From Desulfuromonadales bacterium (lineage in GTDB: Bacteria > Desulfobacterota > Desulfuromonadia > Desulfuromonadales > SZUA-540): DNA of 64,000 nucleotides. The stretch is taken from NCBI GenBank assembly GCA_033549025.1, contig JAWSUS010000016.1:1-64000 (forward strand), written 5' to 3'. Numbering within the stretch: the stretch's first letter is position 1; every line of letters begins with the position of its first letter. This document shows positions 38,283-48,092 of the stretch, piece after piece. The notes under the pieces were generated by a model. It made no database searches. It was not told where the DNA came from and saw nothing but the letters and a program-made list of their open reading frames with translations. Made by a program: the position numbers and the translations under genes.

Positions 38283-39920
38283 TCAAGGAGTTCCGTCCGA
38301 GTCCGGCCAGAAACGGCGCTCCAGTTCATGCAACAGCGGCACGAAAGTGGCGCGGTCACGGGCACTGACCGGGATAGCCTCAAAGCGGCGGCACAGGGGT
38401 GGGACCTCTTCTGGCGGAACCAGGTCGATTTTGTTGAAAACCAGCAGACGGGGGATGCGGTGCAGCTCAAGATCGGTCAGAATTTTCTCGACGGCGGCCA
38501 TCTGTTCTTCGAAACGCGGATTGGAAAGGTCGACGACATGCAGCAGCAGGTCGGCATCTTCCAGCTCTTCCAGTGTAGCCTTGAAGGCTCCCATCAGGCT
38601 TTTGGGCAGGTGGCGGATAAAGCCGACGGTATCGGTGATGATGACCTCGCGTTCCATAGGAAAACGCAGGCGTCGTGTTGCCGTGTCGAGGGTGGCGAAC
38701 AGGAGGTCTTCCGTCAGCACCTGGCTCTGGGTGAGCGCATTGAGCAGAGTGGATTTGCCAGCATTGGTGTAACCAACGATCGAGACGATGGGGATGTCGG
38801 TGCGAATACGCCGCTGCCGGCGCTGCCGCCGCCCTTTTTCCAGGTTCTGCAGCTGCTTTTCCAGGCGGGAGATGCGATCACGGATGCGCCGTCGATCGAT
38901 CTCCAGCTTAGTTTCTCCCGGCCCGCGCCCACCGATACCGCCCATCAGCCGTGAAAAAGCAGTGCCTTTTCCCATGAGGCGCGGCAGAATATATTTGAGC
39001 TGGGCCAGTTCGACCTGCACCTTGCCGTCGAGGGTATGGGCCCGGCGGGCAAAGATATCGAGGATGAGCTGCGAACGGTCAACGACCTTAAGGTCGGTGA
39101 TGGCCGACAGGGAACGCACCTGGGTCGGGCTGAGATCCTGATCGAAGACCAGCAGGGTGGCTCCCTGCTGCAGAGCGGCGATGACCACTTCCTTGATTTT
39201 CCCCTCGCCCATCAGGTATTTGGGATTAAGCTGCCGCGGACGCTGCATGACCCGGTCGACGACCAGCACATCGGCCGTGCGGGCCAGCTCAGCCAGCTCA
39301 TCGAGAGAATCCTCCACCTGCTGGCGCCCCTGCTGGCTTACCGAGATCAGGATGGCCTTCTCCCGGGTGTCAGCCAGATCAATGGTTTCGGCCATCTTCC
39401 GTTCCAGTTCCTCGTCCAGGGAACGGAAAAAGGCCGCCGCCTCCAGGTCCAGAGCGTAGATGGACGGGGCGCTCAGAACTTCGACGCTTTTGCCCTCCGG
39501 GTTGGGAGGCAGCAGATGGGCGTAATGGACCTTGCCGGGGAGACCCTGCTGTCCCACGGTCAGCACCATCATCAGGTCGAGGCGCAGCAGGGCCAGGTCG
39601 GTGAGATCGTCCTGGGAGAGGGCTTCTTCCTTAAGGTGGGTGTGAATACAGCGCAGCCCCCGCAACCCGCTGCGACCCAAGGCGTAGGAGGAAAGATCGG
39701 GAATAACGATTTCCCGGTCGTCCCCGACGATGACATACTGCACCACCCCCTGGCGGTCGACGATAATCCCGAGCTGCCGGCCGATCTCGAAGGAGCGCTC
39801 CGTCAGATAGCGGGCCAGTTCGGCGGTAACGACCTCACCGACGGGAATCCGCCTGTTGGCGATCCTTTCGAGAGCTTTGAGCTGGCTGGGCTTGAGCCCG
39901 GTGACATTACCGTGGATCAA
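38283..39920 (-). CDS. hflX: GTPase HflX (long N-terminal form)
   Basis: LILDIFARRA, GGRGPGE, GYTNAGKST, FATLD, DTVGFI and NKID. Confidence 0.93.
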   Translation of the reverse strand: MIHGNVTGLKPSQLKALERIANRRIPVGEVVTAELARYLTERSFEIGRQLGIIVDRQGVVQYVIVGDDREIVIPDLSSYALGRSGLRGLRCIHTHLKEEALSQDDLTDLALLRLDLMMVLTVGQQGLPGKVHYAHLLPPNPEGKSVEVLSAPSIYALDLEAAAFFRSLDEELERKMAETIDLADTREKAILISVSQQGRQQVEDSLDELAELARTADVLVVDRVMQRPRQLNPKYLMGEGKIKEVVIAALQQGATLLVFDQDLSPTQVRSLSAITDLKVVDRSQLILDIFARRAHTLDGKVQVELAQLKYILPRLMGKGTAFSRLMGGIGGRGPGETKLEIDRRRIRDRISRLEKQLQNLEKGRRQRRQRRIRTDIPIVSIVGYTNAGKSTLLNALTQSQVLTEDLLFATLDTATRRLRFPMEREVIITDTVGFIRHLPKSLMGAFKATLEELEDADLLLHVVDLSNPRFEEQMAAVEKILTDLELHRIPRLLVFNKIDLVPPEEVPPLCRRFEAIPVSARDRATFVPLLHELERRFWPDSDGTP

Positions 39921-39941
39921 CCGGTGGTCCCCCTAAAAGAA

Positions 39942-39961
39942 AAGGGCCCTTGCGGGCCCTT
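39942..39961 (-). terminator. Terminator hairpin after fabI
   Basis: AAGGGCCC-ttgc-GGGCCCTT, with a U-rich tail on the minus strand. Confidence 0.6.
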
Positions 39962-39987
39962 GTGTACTGTCAACAAGACCCGCTTTC

Positions 39988-40758
39988 TCAGGCGGGCACG
40001 ACGGTGCTGAACCCGCCATCGACGAAATGAACTTCGCCGGTCACACCGCTGGAGAGATCGGAGACCATGTAAACGACGGACTTGCCCACATCCTGCTGAT
40101 CAACGGCACGGCGCAGAGGGGCGTACTGATCCATCAGCTTGAGCTTCTCACGCAGCCCGCCGACGCCCGAGGCAGCCAACGTCTTAATGGGGCCAGCCGA
40201 CACGGCATTGACCCGGATCTTCTTCTCGCCAAGTTCGGCGGCCAGGTAGCGCACCGAGGCCTCCAGGGCCGCTTTGGCCACGCCCATGACATTGTAGTTG
40301 GGCACGGCGCGGGTGGCACCGAGGTAAGTCAGGGTAACAACGCTACCGCCGTTCTTCATCAAAGGTGCCGCATAGCGGGTGACGGCCACCAGAGAGTAGG
40401 CGCTGATATCCATGGCCAGTTTGAAACCTTCGCGGCTCGTTTCGCTGAAGGGGCGCTTGAGGTCGTCCTTGTTGGCGAAGGCGACGGAATGCACGACAAA
40501 GTCGATATCCCCCCAGACTTCTTTTACCTTGGCGAAAACCGCTTCAATGTCTTCATCCCGCCCGACGTCACAGGGGAGGATCAGGTCGGACCCCAGGCTT
40601 TCGGCCAGGGGGCGAACCCGCTTTTCCAGCGCTTCATTGAGATAGGTGAAGGCCAGGGTGGCGCCGGCTTCCTTAAGTTGCTGGGCAGCTCCCCAGGCGA
40701 TGCTCATATCGTTGGCGACACCAAAAACAATGCCGCGTTTTCCCGTCATCAAACCCAT
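39988..40758 (-). CDS. fabI: Enoyl-ACP reductase
   Basis: GVANDMSIAWG, HSVAFA, YNVMGVAKAALE and AGPIKTLA. Confidence 0.95.
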   Translation of the reverse strand: MGLMTGKRGIVFGVANDMSIAWGAAQQLKEAGATLAFTYLNEALEKRVRPLAESLGSDLILPCDVGRDEDIEAVFAKVKEVWGDIDFVVHSVAFANKDDLKRPFSETSREGFKLAMDISAYSLVAVTRYAAPLMKNGGSVVTLTYLGATRAVPNYNVMGVAKAALEASVRYLAAELGEKKIRVNAVSAGPIKTLAASGVGGLREKLKLMDQYAPLRRAVDQQDVGKSVVYMVSDLSSGVTGEVHFVDGGFSTVVPA

Positions 40759-40872
40759 ATCGTTTCGTCCTCCATGATATTCTCAACCACTTAACGCAAG
40801 TGGTTTTTATTAGCAGATAGGTGAAGATAAAGCAAGAAGTTTAGCCGCACCGGAGCGTTCCCGGTCCCCTGC

Positions 40873-41637
40873 CTACTGCCCCTTGATAAGCTTCAGCAGA
40901 TCGTCGGCCTTCTTGTAGCCGGGAGCCACCAGACCATCGGGGAGGACCAGGGTGGGGGTCGAGCGGATACCCAGTTGCGGGGCCAAGGCAATGGTCTGAT
41001 CCACCACATCCGTATCGCAGAGGGGAACAGGCACCGGTTTTCCGGCAAAGCTGTCTTCCAGCATTTCCAGCGAGCCGGCACAGATGATGCTCTGGGAGAT
41101 CCCGTAGGCCTTGGGGTGCATCTTGAGGGGGAATAATTTGATCAGAAAGGCGATATCCGGGTCGCGACGCACCACTTCCTGAAGTTCGACATGCAGCTTT
41201 TTGCAGTAGGGGCATTCGGGATCGGTAAAGACAATCACGCGGGTCGACGCCTGGGAGTTCCCCAGGACGAGAGCATCCTGCAAAGGAATGCGGCTGACAT
41301 CAACGCGGTTGAGTTCCGCCTCACGCTGGCTGGTCAGGTTCTTACCGTCTTTCAGGCGGATGACGTTTCCCGCCACCACGTAGCTTTTGGAAAAATCGAC
41401 GTAAAGAGGAAACCGTTTGCCCTGCTTTTCGGCTTCCACCAGCCAGAGACCGGGAACTTCGGCAAAGTCGACCCGCAACACCTTGTCCACGCCATCCTTG
41501 AGCAATTCACCGGCTTCTTGCGGTGAGAGGCTGTGGCATTGGCGGCACTCCCCTGCCCCACAACCATCCTTCTGAAAAGCGAGGGCATTGCAGTTTAAAA
41601 CCCCTATGAACAGTATGGCAAAAAGCAATTTCTTCAT
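40873..41637 (-). CDS. dsbC: DsbC-family thiol:disulfide isomerase with N-terminal CXXCH
   Basis: Signal peptide, DsbC dimerisation domain, FTDPECPYC and STP cis-Pro; CGAGECRQCH near the N-terminus. Confidence 0.85.
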   Translation of the reverse strand: MKKLLFAILFIGVLNCNALAFQKDGCGAGECRQCHSLSPQEAGELLKDGVDKVLRVDFAEVPGLWLVEAEKQGKRFPLYVDFSKSYVVAGNVIRLKDGKNLTSQREAELNRVDVSRIPLQDALVLGNSQASTRVIVFTDPECPYCKKLHVELQEVVRRDPDIAFLIKLFPLKMHPKAYGISQSIICAGSLEMLEDSFAGKPVPVPLCDTDVVDQTIALAPQLGIRSTPTLVLPDGLVAPGYKKADDLLKLIKGQ

Positions 41638-41777
41638 TTGTCTTCCTTTCCGCTCTTATTCCTCTGTCGACAATTTCGTCGCGATGCTTTGGAATGAACA
41701 CACGAAAAATCTGCCAGCAAGAATAATACGCTTGGGTACTTTTCGCAACCACCAAGCCGACTGGCCACGTCACAACG

Positions 41778-41812
41778 TTGACTTTTGTCCTGAGGTGGTC
41801 GAGAATCACCTC
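41778..41812 (+). promoter_or_regulatory. Sigma70 promoter of mntP overlapped by a palindrome
   Basis: TTGACT-N17-GAGAAT; GAGGTGGT-N5-ATCACCTC at 41792-41812. Confidence 0.5.
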
Positions 41813-41860
41813 CCGGTGCAAGCTCACCAAAAGGCTTGATTCCACGCGAAAGCTGCTGCC

Positions 41861-42427
41861 ATGTCAAACACAACCCTTATCGGTATCGCCCTGGCGCTGG
41901 CCATGGACGCCTTTGCCGTCGCCCTCGGGGCCGGCCTGACTCTTGAGCGCCTTACCGGTCGTCATCTCTTTCGCCTCGGCTTTCACTTCGGCCTCTTCCA
42001 GGCCTTCATGCCCATCCTTGGCTGGCTCGCCGGTCTGACCGTGCAGCAGTGGATAACGGCTTACGACCACTGGCTGGCTTTCGCCCTGCTGGCTTTTGTC
42101 GGCGGCAAAATGATCCGGGAGGCTTTTCATTCCGAGGAAGAACGGGACAACAGAGATCCGACCCGCGGCATGACCCTGGTCATGCTTTCCCTGGCCACCA
42201 GTATCGATGCCCTGGCCGTGGGCCTGACCCTGGCGATGATCGGAGTGAGCATCTGGATTCCGGCCGCAGTAATCGGTATCGTCGCCGGCGTTCTGACCGT
42301 AGTCGGAATGTTTCTGGGGCGCCGCATCGGCACCCTGTGGGGGCCGCGGGTGGAAATCCTGGGCGGGCTGATCCTCATCGGCATCGGCGCCAGAATCCTG
42401 CTGGAGCACACCCTCTGGGCCGCCTGA
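41861..42427 (+). CDS. mntP: Manganese efflux pump MntP
   Basis: ALAMDAFAV, FQAFMP, DHW and ATSIDALAVG. Confidence 0.92.
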   Translation: MSNTTLIGIALALAMDAFAVALGAGLTLERLTGRHLFRLGFHFGLFQAFMPILGWLAGLTVQQWITAYDHWLAFALLAFVGGKMIREAFHSEEERDNRDPTRGMTLVMLSLATSIDALAVGLTLAMIGVSIWIPAAVIGIVAGVLTVVGMFLGRRIGTLWGPRVEILGGLILIGIGARILLEHTLWAA

Positions 42428-42497
42428 GGGCACCATCAAAAAAGGGGCCCCATGGGACCCCTGCTTCCTGCCTTTTCCAGCTTGACCAGTACGCCGG

Positions 42498-42878
42498 TCA
42501 GGCCCGGATGACTTCGACCATATAGCCGTCGGGATCGGCCAGAAAGTAAAACCTTCCCACGGCATCTCCCAGCCCCTTGATTGGACGCGGGCTGAGACCC
42601 AGTTCCTCGTGACGCTGGTGAGACGCTTCGAGGTCCTTGACGGATACGGCGATGTGGGAATAGCCGTCCCCAATCTCGTAGGGCTTGTCGCGATCGTGAT
42701 TGTGGGTCAGTTCCAGCTCGAAGGTCTGCCCGGGAGCGCGCATGTAGCAAAGGGTGAAACCCTGCTCGTCAAAATCGAGGCGCCTGGACACTTCGAAGCC
42801 AAAAGCTTCCCGATAGAATTTTTCCGAAGCCTCCAGGTTGAACACCCGCAGGCAGACGTGAATCATCTGATAATCCAT
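42498..42878 (-). CDS. gloA: VOC family protein / lactoylglutathione lyase
   Basis: HVCLRV, ELELTHN, GDGYSHIAV and DPDGYMVE. Confidence 0.85.
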   Translation of the reverse strand: MDYQMIHVCLRVFNLEASEKFYREAFGFEVSRRLDFDEQGFTLCYMRAPGQTFELELTHNHDRDKPYEIGDGYSHIAVSVKDLEASHQRHEELGLSPRPIKGLGDAVGRFYFLADPDGYMVEVIRA

Positions 42879-42909
42879 TCCTTCCTCCTTTGATAAATCT
42901 CTTTACCGC

Positions 42910-43647
42910 TCAGGGCGCGCACGCCCCTTGTTCATCCAGCATATCGCCAACAAGCAGGAGGATAACGAATTCCCGCACACGTGTCGAGACCTCCGCCGAG
43001 ACGGGATCAAATACGATCGCCATGGAGGGACCATCGCCGCCCCCGGCTTGTTCCTGCTGCACATAACTCACCCGTCCGCCCAGCGTCAACGGCCCGCCCG
43101 TCGGCAGCGCGAGGACAACCTCCACGGCGGCTCCTACCGGCAGAGGAGGGTTCTGCTGCACACAGACGCCGCCTTCCGACAGGGTGACCCCAGGGCATTG
43201 AAGCGCTCGCCCAGCAGCTCGCACCACCACCGTATCCTTGAAGGGGGCGCGGAGGCGCTTACGTCCGCCGGTGTCCCGGACCTGAACGAGTTGCAGGGCT
43301 GAATGCAGCTCCTCGACCAGCAGAGGTTTCATGAGAAAGCTGCAGGGTCCATAATCCTGGCATTGCCTATAGATGCCCATGTCGGCCTTTTCCGACACCA
43401 GCACCACGGGAACCCGCGAAAGCTGGCCGGCCTCCTTGAGTGCCTTGAGAGACGACAGGCCGCCAGGCTCGGGGAGATCGACGTCGACCAGAATGATATC
43501 GGGAAGCATGACATTCACCGCATCCAAAAGTTCAGCGCCATTCTTTACCGGCAGAACTTTGAAATCCATGCGATCGAGAAGAGCACCGACCTGAGCGAGA
43601 AAATCCTCGTCTCTATCGGCGACCAGCACCGTGGGTTTCTGATTCAT
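42910..43647 (-). CDS. Response regulator receiver plus PilZ domain protein
   Basis: Receiver (PDIILVDVDLP, FLMKP), then RKRLR...TLSEGG PilZ motifs. Confidence 0.8.
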   Translation of the reverse strand: MNQKPTVLVADRDEDFLAQVGALLDRMDFKVLPVKNGAELLDAVNVMLPDIILVDVDLPEPGGLSSLKALKEAGQLSRVPVVLVSEKADMGIYRQCQDYGPCSFLMKPLLVEELHSALQLVQVRDTGGRKRLRAPFKDTVVVRAAGRALQCPGVTLSEGGVCVQQNPPLPVGAAVEVVLALPTGGPLTLGGRVSYVQQEQAGGGDGPSMAIVFDPVSAEVSTRVREFVILLLVGDMLDEQGACAP

Positions 43648-43825
43648 GGGGTCCCTCCACCTAACGCCGGCAGACGTCGTGCCGGACAATTGAAGATCAT
43701 GAGTCTATCGCGTCTCATCTGACGAGATTTTTATATAACACGAAAACTGGCGCTCGAAAATGTCTTTTTATGACTGTTTCAATCTTCATTTTGGGCGGGC
43801 TGAGTAATCGACAGGAAAAAAACGA

Positions 43826-44227
43826 TCAGCAGGCATCTTCCCGCCACGCGATCCGCGGCACCAGCGAACCCGGAATGTCGGCCATGTGCGCGGCGCCGGT
43901 GGCCTGCAACCGCTGCAGAAAGCGCTCGGAGTCCCGCAGCAGGGCCTGCACATCGATGCGGCGACAGACAGGAGCAAAAGGGTGCAGGTAGCCGATCCCC
44001 CCTTTCAGCAGGGCGCAGGCCCCGCCAAAATTGCCCTTCTGCCAGTGCAGCAGGCCGATACCGATCTGCAAAATTCCCTTGTACAGATCCCGCACCGGCC
44101 CGGCTTCATCCTTCCACAGATCCTCCAGGGTTTCGTGACACACAAAGTAGCGACCCTCGTTGAACTGGCGGACGGCGGCGGAAAGGGCCTCGCAGGGAAA
44201 GGTGTCGCAATCGGTCGGTTTATCCAT
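43826..44227 (-). CDS. DUF309 domain protein
   Basis: FN...YF.CHE.LEDLW, KGILQ and HWQKGN. Confidence 0.85.
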   Translation of the reverse strand: MDKPTDCDTFPCEALSAAVRQFNEGRYFVCHETLEDLWKDEAGPVRDLYKGILQIGIGLLHWQKGNFGGACALLKGGIGYLHPFAPVCRRIDVQALLRDSERFLQRLQATGAAHMADIPGSLVPRIAWREDAC

Positions 44228-44232
44228 TCGGA

Positions 44233-44628
44233 TCACCGCCGGTTGATCAGGGCGATCTGTTCGTTCAGGGTCCAGTAGTCGTAAATGTAGCCAAGACCGA
44301 AAATCCCTCCGGTCAACAGATAGACGAAACCGGTAATCCACTTGCCCATGTACATGCGATGGACACCGAAGAGGCCCAGAAAGGTCAGCAGAATCCAGGT
44401 CAGATTGTAATCGATGGGGCCAGGCGAAAAACGCAGCTCGGCCTGGCGGTCCATGGCGGGGATGAGAAAAAGGTCGATAAGCCAGCCGATGCCGAGCAGA
44501 CCAAGCGTAAAGAAATAGATTGTTCCCGTGATGGGTTTGCCGTAGTAGAAGCGGTGAGAACCCGTAAAACCGAAAAGCCAGAGGATATACCCTATGGCCT
44601 TGCTGTGCGAACCTTCCTCGATGGCCAT
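44233..44628 (-). CDS. TM2 (NINE) domain protein, two repeats
   Basis: GSHRFYYGK..TG and GVHRMYMGK..TG. Confidence 0.88.
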   Translation of the reverse strand: MAIEEGSHSKAIGYILWLFGFTGSHRFYYGKPITGTIYFFTLGLLGIGWLIDLFLIPAMDRQAELRFSPGPIDYNLTWILLTFLGLFGVHRMYMGKWITGFVYLLTGGIFGLGYIYDYWTLNEQIALINRR

Positions 44629-44659
44629 CAAGCAGCCCCCTTTCGCGGAAAAAAGTTTT

Positions 44660-45190
44660 TCAAGGCAGGATAAGGACGCCCGCCCCGTCGGGAACCAGGC
44701 GCCAGATTTCTTCGATCTCTTCATTGGTAACGGCGATGCACCCTTCGGTCCAGTCCGCCAGATAATGCTGGCGGCCAAGCCAGGCGAATCGTTCACCCAG
44801 ACCGTGAATCATGATATCGCTGCCGGGGGAAACGCCAAGGCTTTGCGCCCGGCGCAGATCACGGGTATTGGGATAAGAGATGCGCAGCGCCCGGTGAAAG
44901 CGGCTCTGTTCATTGCGCAAGGTAATCCGGTACCGCCCTTCCGGCGTACGCAGGTCCCCCTGGCGCACTTTGGGTCCGACAGGTTTGCCTCCGAGGGAAA
45001 TGCGGTAACTCTTGATGCGCTCGCCGTCCCGATAGAGTGTCAAAAGTCTGGCCGCCTTTTCGACCAGAATGGTGTCGGCGCGGATCCCCTCCGGCAAGGG
45101 GATATGCCCCTGCATGGCAAAAACCGGCGCGGCGGTCAGCAGCAGGAGCAACATCGTTATCAGCATCACCAGGGTCTTGCGTACAGGCAT
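44660..45190 (-). CDS. YkuD-family L,D-transpeptidase
   Basis: Signal peptide, GDLRTPEG, SYPN and IMIHG...WTEGCIA. Confidence 0.88.
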   Translation of the reverse strand: MPVRKTLVMLITMLLLLLTAAPVFAMQGHIPLPEGIRADTILVEKAARLLTLYRDGERIKSYRISLGGKPVGPKVRQGDLRTPEGRYRITLRNEQSRFHRALRISYPNTRDLRRAQSLGVSPGSDIMIHGLGERFAWLGRQHYLADWTEGCIAVTNEEIEEIWRLVPDGAGVLILP

Positions 45191-45317
45191 AATCTTGATT
45201 CTCCGAGACAGGTGGAATCCGGCCGGCGCTGTTTGGGCATGTCGGGCATTTGACCCAAAAAAAGACGAAAAGCCGTGTTTCGGAATTTTTCTGCAAAGAA
45301 AATGCCCGGATTAAAAC

Positions 45318-45791
45318 TTAGGGCGAAATCAGATCGCAAACCTCCGCCCGCCTGCCACCGGTGATCTCCTGCAGCTGCGCCAGGGTCACGGGCACGGCGG
45401 AATGGGCGTTGCCGGCGGCGGCATAAACCCGCTCAAAGCGCGCCAGAGATTCGTCCAACAGCACCGGCAATTGCGGCGACAGCAAAAAGGGGCAGACCCC
45501 GCCCGGCGCATAGCCGGTGTGGCGAATGACCTCGTCCGCCTCGGGCAGACGCACTTTCCCCGACAGCCCCGTGGCTTTCTTGAGCTTCGAACTCTTCACC
45601 TTGGTATCACCACAGGTCACCACCAGCACGGGATTCTCCCCCACCAGCAAAAGGACGCTCTTGGCAATCTGGGCCGGCTGGCAACCAACCGCCGCCGCGG
45701 CAGTTTCGCAGGTCGGCGTCGGTTCGGCAAACTCCCGCACTTCGATCCCTTGTGGAACCAGAAAAGCTTTCACATCATCGATCGTCGGCAT
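45318..45791 (-). CDS. YbaK/EbsC family protein
   Basis: IAKSVL, TGYAPGGVCPF and AAAG. Confidence 0.85.
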   Translation of the reverse strand: MPTIDDVKAFLVPQGIEVREFAEPTPTCETAAAAVGCQPAQIAKSVLLLVGENPVLVVTCGDTKVKSSKLKKATGLSGKVRLPEADEVIRHTGYAPGGVCPFLLSPQLPVLLDESLARFERVYAAAGNAHSAVPVTLAQLQEITGGRRAEVCDLISP

Positions 45792-45815
45792 AAAACTCCT
45801 CCAGGCAGACCGATT

Positions 45816-45920
45816 TCTCGCCCGCTCCTTTCAGTCGCTAGAGCACGCAGAGAAAACCATAAAAAATTTGTCTATCTCTGCGTTCTCTGTGCTCAAGAGA
45901 GCAAAGCGAACGGGCGCGAG
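45816..45920. repeat. Nested inverted-repeat intergenic element (REP/MITE-like)
   Basis: Outer imperfect IR CTCGCCCGCTC..TTT / AAAGCGAACGGGCGCGAG; inner IR CGCAGAGA / TCTCTGCG. Confidence 0.55.
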
Positions 45921-45926
45921 GCCGGT

Positions 45927-48080
45927 TTATTTCTTTTGAATCTTCCAGCAGTTGTGAATACGGCGATTGCGCTCGAAATCCCGCGGGATGGTTTTTGCCG
46001 TGATATCCTCGATCTGCAGTTCGGGCAGGGCCGCCGCCTCCATTTTGAACTTGCGGTTATTGTTGGAAAAGATCAATACCCCGCCAGGATTGAGCAATCG
46101 GGCCGTGTCTCGCAGCAGGGGGACATGATCGCGCTGCACATCGAAACTGTCGGTCATGGACTTGGAGTTGGAGAAGGTGGGCGGATCGAGGAAGATCAGA
46201 TCGAAGCGCCGCTTCTCCTGGCGCAGCCACTTGAGGCAGTCGGCCTGGATGAATTCATGGCGGCTGCCGGTGAAGCCGTTGACGGCCATGTTCTTTTGGG
46301 CCCAGTCCAGGTAGGTTCGCGACAGGTCCACGGTGGTGGTGGCGACCGCGCCCCCTTTGGCGGCGTAGACCGTTGCCGAGCCGGTGTAGGCGAAGAGGTT
46401 GAGAAAGGTCTTGCCGGAGGCCAGCTCGGCGATGAGCTGCCGGGTGAGACGGTGGTCGAGAAAGAGACCGGTGTCGAGGTAATCGGTGAGATTGACCAGA
46501 AAACTGCAGCCGCTCTCCCCCACCTTGAGCAGTTCGCCGCGACGGGCGAGTTTTTCGTACTGGGTACTCCCCTTCTGCTTCTGCCGCACCTTGAAGACGA
46601 TCTGTTCAGGCGGCAGCTGCAGCACTTCGGGGAGCACGGCCCGGATCTCCCGCAACCGGATTGCCGCCTGGCGGGCATCGACAGTAGCGGGCGGTGCGTA
46701 TTCCTGCACATGGACCCAGTCGCCGTAAATATCGACGGCCACGGCGTACTCGGGCATGTCGGTGTCGTAAAGACGGTAGCAGAAGATGTCGTTCTGCCGC
46801 GCCCAGCGCCCCAGGGTGCGCAGGTTCTTCTTCAGGCGGTTGGCGAACATTTCAGCCCCGGGAGTCCGGGCGGCGTGGCGGGTTTCTTCCGAAACGTCGG
46901 CCCCGTAAAACCACTGGGGATCCACATCGAAGTGGAGTAATTGGCAGGGGAGCGCACCGTTGAAGAAGCTGTGCTTCCGGCGGGCACGTAAACCCAGGTT
47001 CCGGGCCAGATCGGGATTGCCGGTAAAGACGGCGGCTTTCCAGCCGACAAAGTGCTCCTTCAGCCGCTCGCCAAGTTGGGCGTAGAGAGAGCGCAGCTGG
47101 TTGACTTCGCCGAGGCGCTCGCCATAGGGGGGGTTGGTCAGCACCAGACCGCCCTGTCCTTCCGGGCCGGTCGGCGCTACCAGCTCAGCGACTTCGCGTT
47201 TCTCAAAAATGACGGCCGTCTCCAGCCCGGCCTGCCGGGCGTTGGCCTGCGCCGCCCGCACCGCCTGGGCTTCGAGGTCGAAGCCGAACAGGGGGGGCAG
47301 CGTCTGCAGCCCGGCTTGCCGGCGGGCTGCCGCTTCGCCCAGCAGGTCTTGCCAGACCGCGTCGTCGTGCCCCTGCCAGCCGAGAAAGCCGAAATAGGGG
47401 CGGCTGAGACCGGGGGCAATATCTGCCGCCATCAGAGCGGCCTCCAACACCAGTGTGCCCGAGCCGCACATGGGATCGACCAGGGCGCCGCCAGCGGCCG
47501 CAATCTGCGGCCAGTTGGCCCGCAGCAGAATGGCCGCCGCCAGGTTTTCCTTGACCGGCGCCAGCACCTGCTCCTGCCGATAGCCCCGGCGATGCAGGCT
47601 CTCCCCCGACAGATCGAGGCTCAGACTCACCTGCTCTCGCTGGACATGGACGTTGACCCGGATCGACGGCCGCTCCAGCTCCACCGACGGCCGCTGTCCG
47701 CGCATGTCACGCAACTGGTCGACGATGGCATCCTTGACCTTAAGCGCGGCGTAGTGGGAATGCTGCAGCGGCGACTGCACGCAGTTGCAGTCCACCGCCA
47801 GGGAGCCTTCCTCGCCCAGATGCTCCCGCCAGTCAATGGCCTGGACCCCGGCGTAGAGCTCTTCATAGGTCGTCGCCGTAAAATTGGCCAGGGTCAGCAG
47901 GATGCGACTGGCCAGCCGCGACCACAGGCAGGCGCGGTAGCCGACGGCCAGAGAGCCGCTAAAACTGACACCCGCCCGCGTCTCCTTGACCTCCTGAGCC
48001 CCCAGCCCCCGCAGTTCATCGGCCAGCAGCGCCTCCAGCCCCTTGGGAGCCGTTGCGAAAAAGGTGGTGGTGGAATGCAT
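45927..48080 (-). CDS. rlmL: Bifunctional 23S rRNA methyltransferase RlmKL
   Basis: THUMP domain, SLHRRGYR, DPMCGSGT and NPPYGERL; second methyltransferase with YLDTGLFLDHR, NLFAYTG and DPPTFSNSK. Confidence 0.95.
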   Translation of the reverse strand: MHSTTTFFATAPKGLEALLADELRGLGAQEVKETRAGVSFSGSLAVGYRACLWSRLASRILLTLANFTATTYEELYAGVQAIDWREHLGEEGSLAVDCNCVQSPLQHSHYAALKVKDAIVDQLRDMRGQRPSVELERPSIRVNVHVQREQVSLSLDLSGESLHRRGYRQEQVLAPVKENLAAAILLRANWPQIAAAGGALVDPMCGSGTLVLEAALMAADIAPGLSRPYFGFLGWQGHDDAVWQDLLGEAAARRQAGLQTLPPLFGFDLEAQAVRAAQANARQAGLETAVIFEKREVAELVAPTGPEGQGGLVLTNPPYGERLGEVNQLRSLYAQLGERLKEHFVGWKAAVFTGNPDLARNLGLRARRKHSFFNGALPCQLLHFDVDPQWFYGADVSEETRHAARTPGAEMFANRLKKNLRTLGRWARQNDIFCYRLYDTDMPEYAVAVDIYGDWVHVQEYAPPATVDARQAAIRLREIRAVLPEVLQLPPEQIVFKVRQKQKGSTQYEKLARRGELLKVGESGCSFLVNLTDYLDTGLFLDHRLTRQLIAELASGKTFLNLFAYTGSATVYAAKGGAVATTTVDLSRTYLDWAQKNMAVNGFTGSRHEFIQADCLKWLRQEKRRFDLIFLDPPTFSNSKSMTDSFDVQRDHVPLLRDTARLLNPGGVLIFSNNNRKFKMEAAALPELQIEDITAKTIPRDFERNRRIHNCWKIQKK

Positions 48081-48092
48081 CAAGACCTCTCT

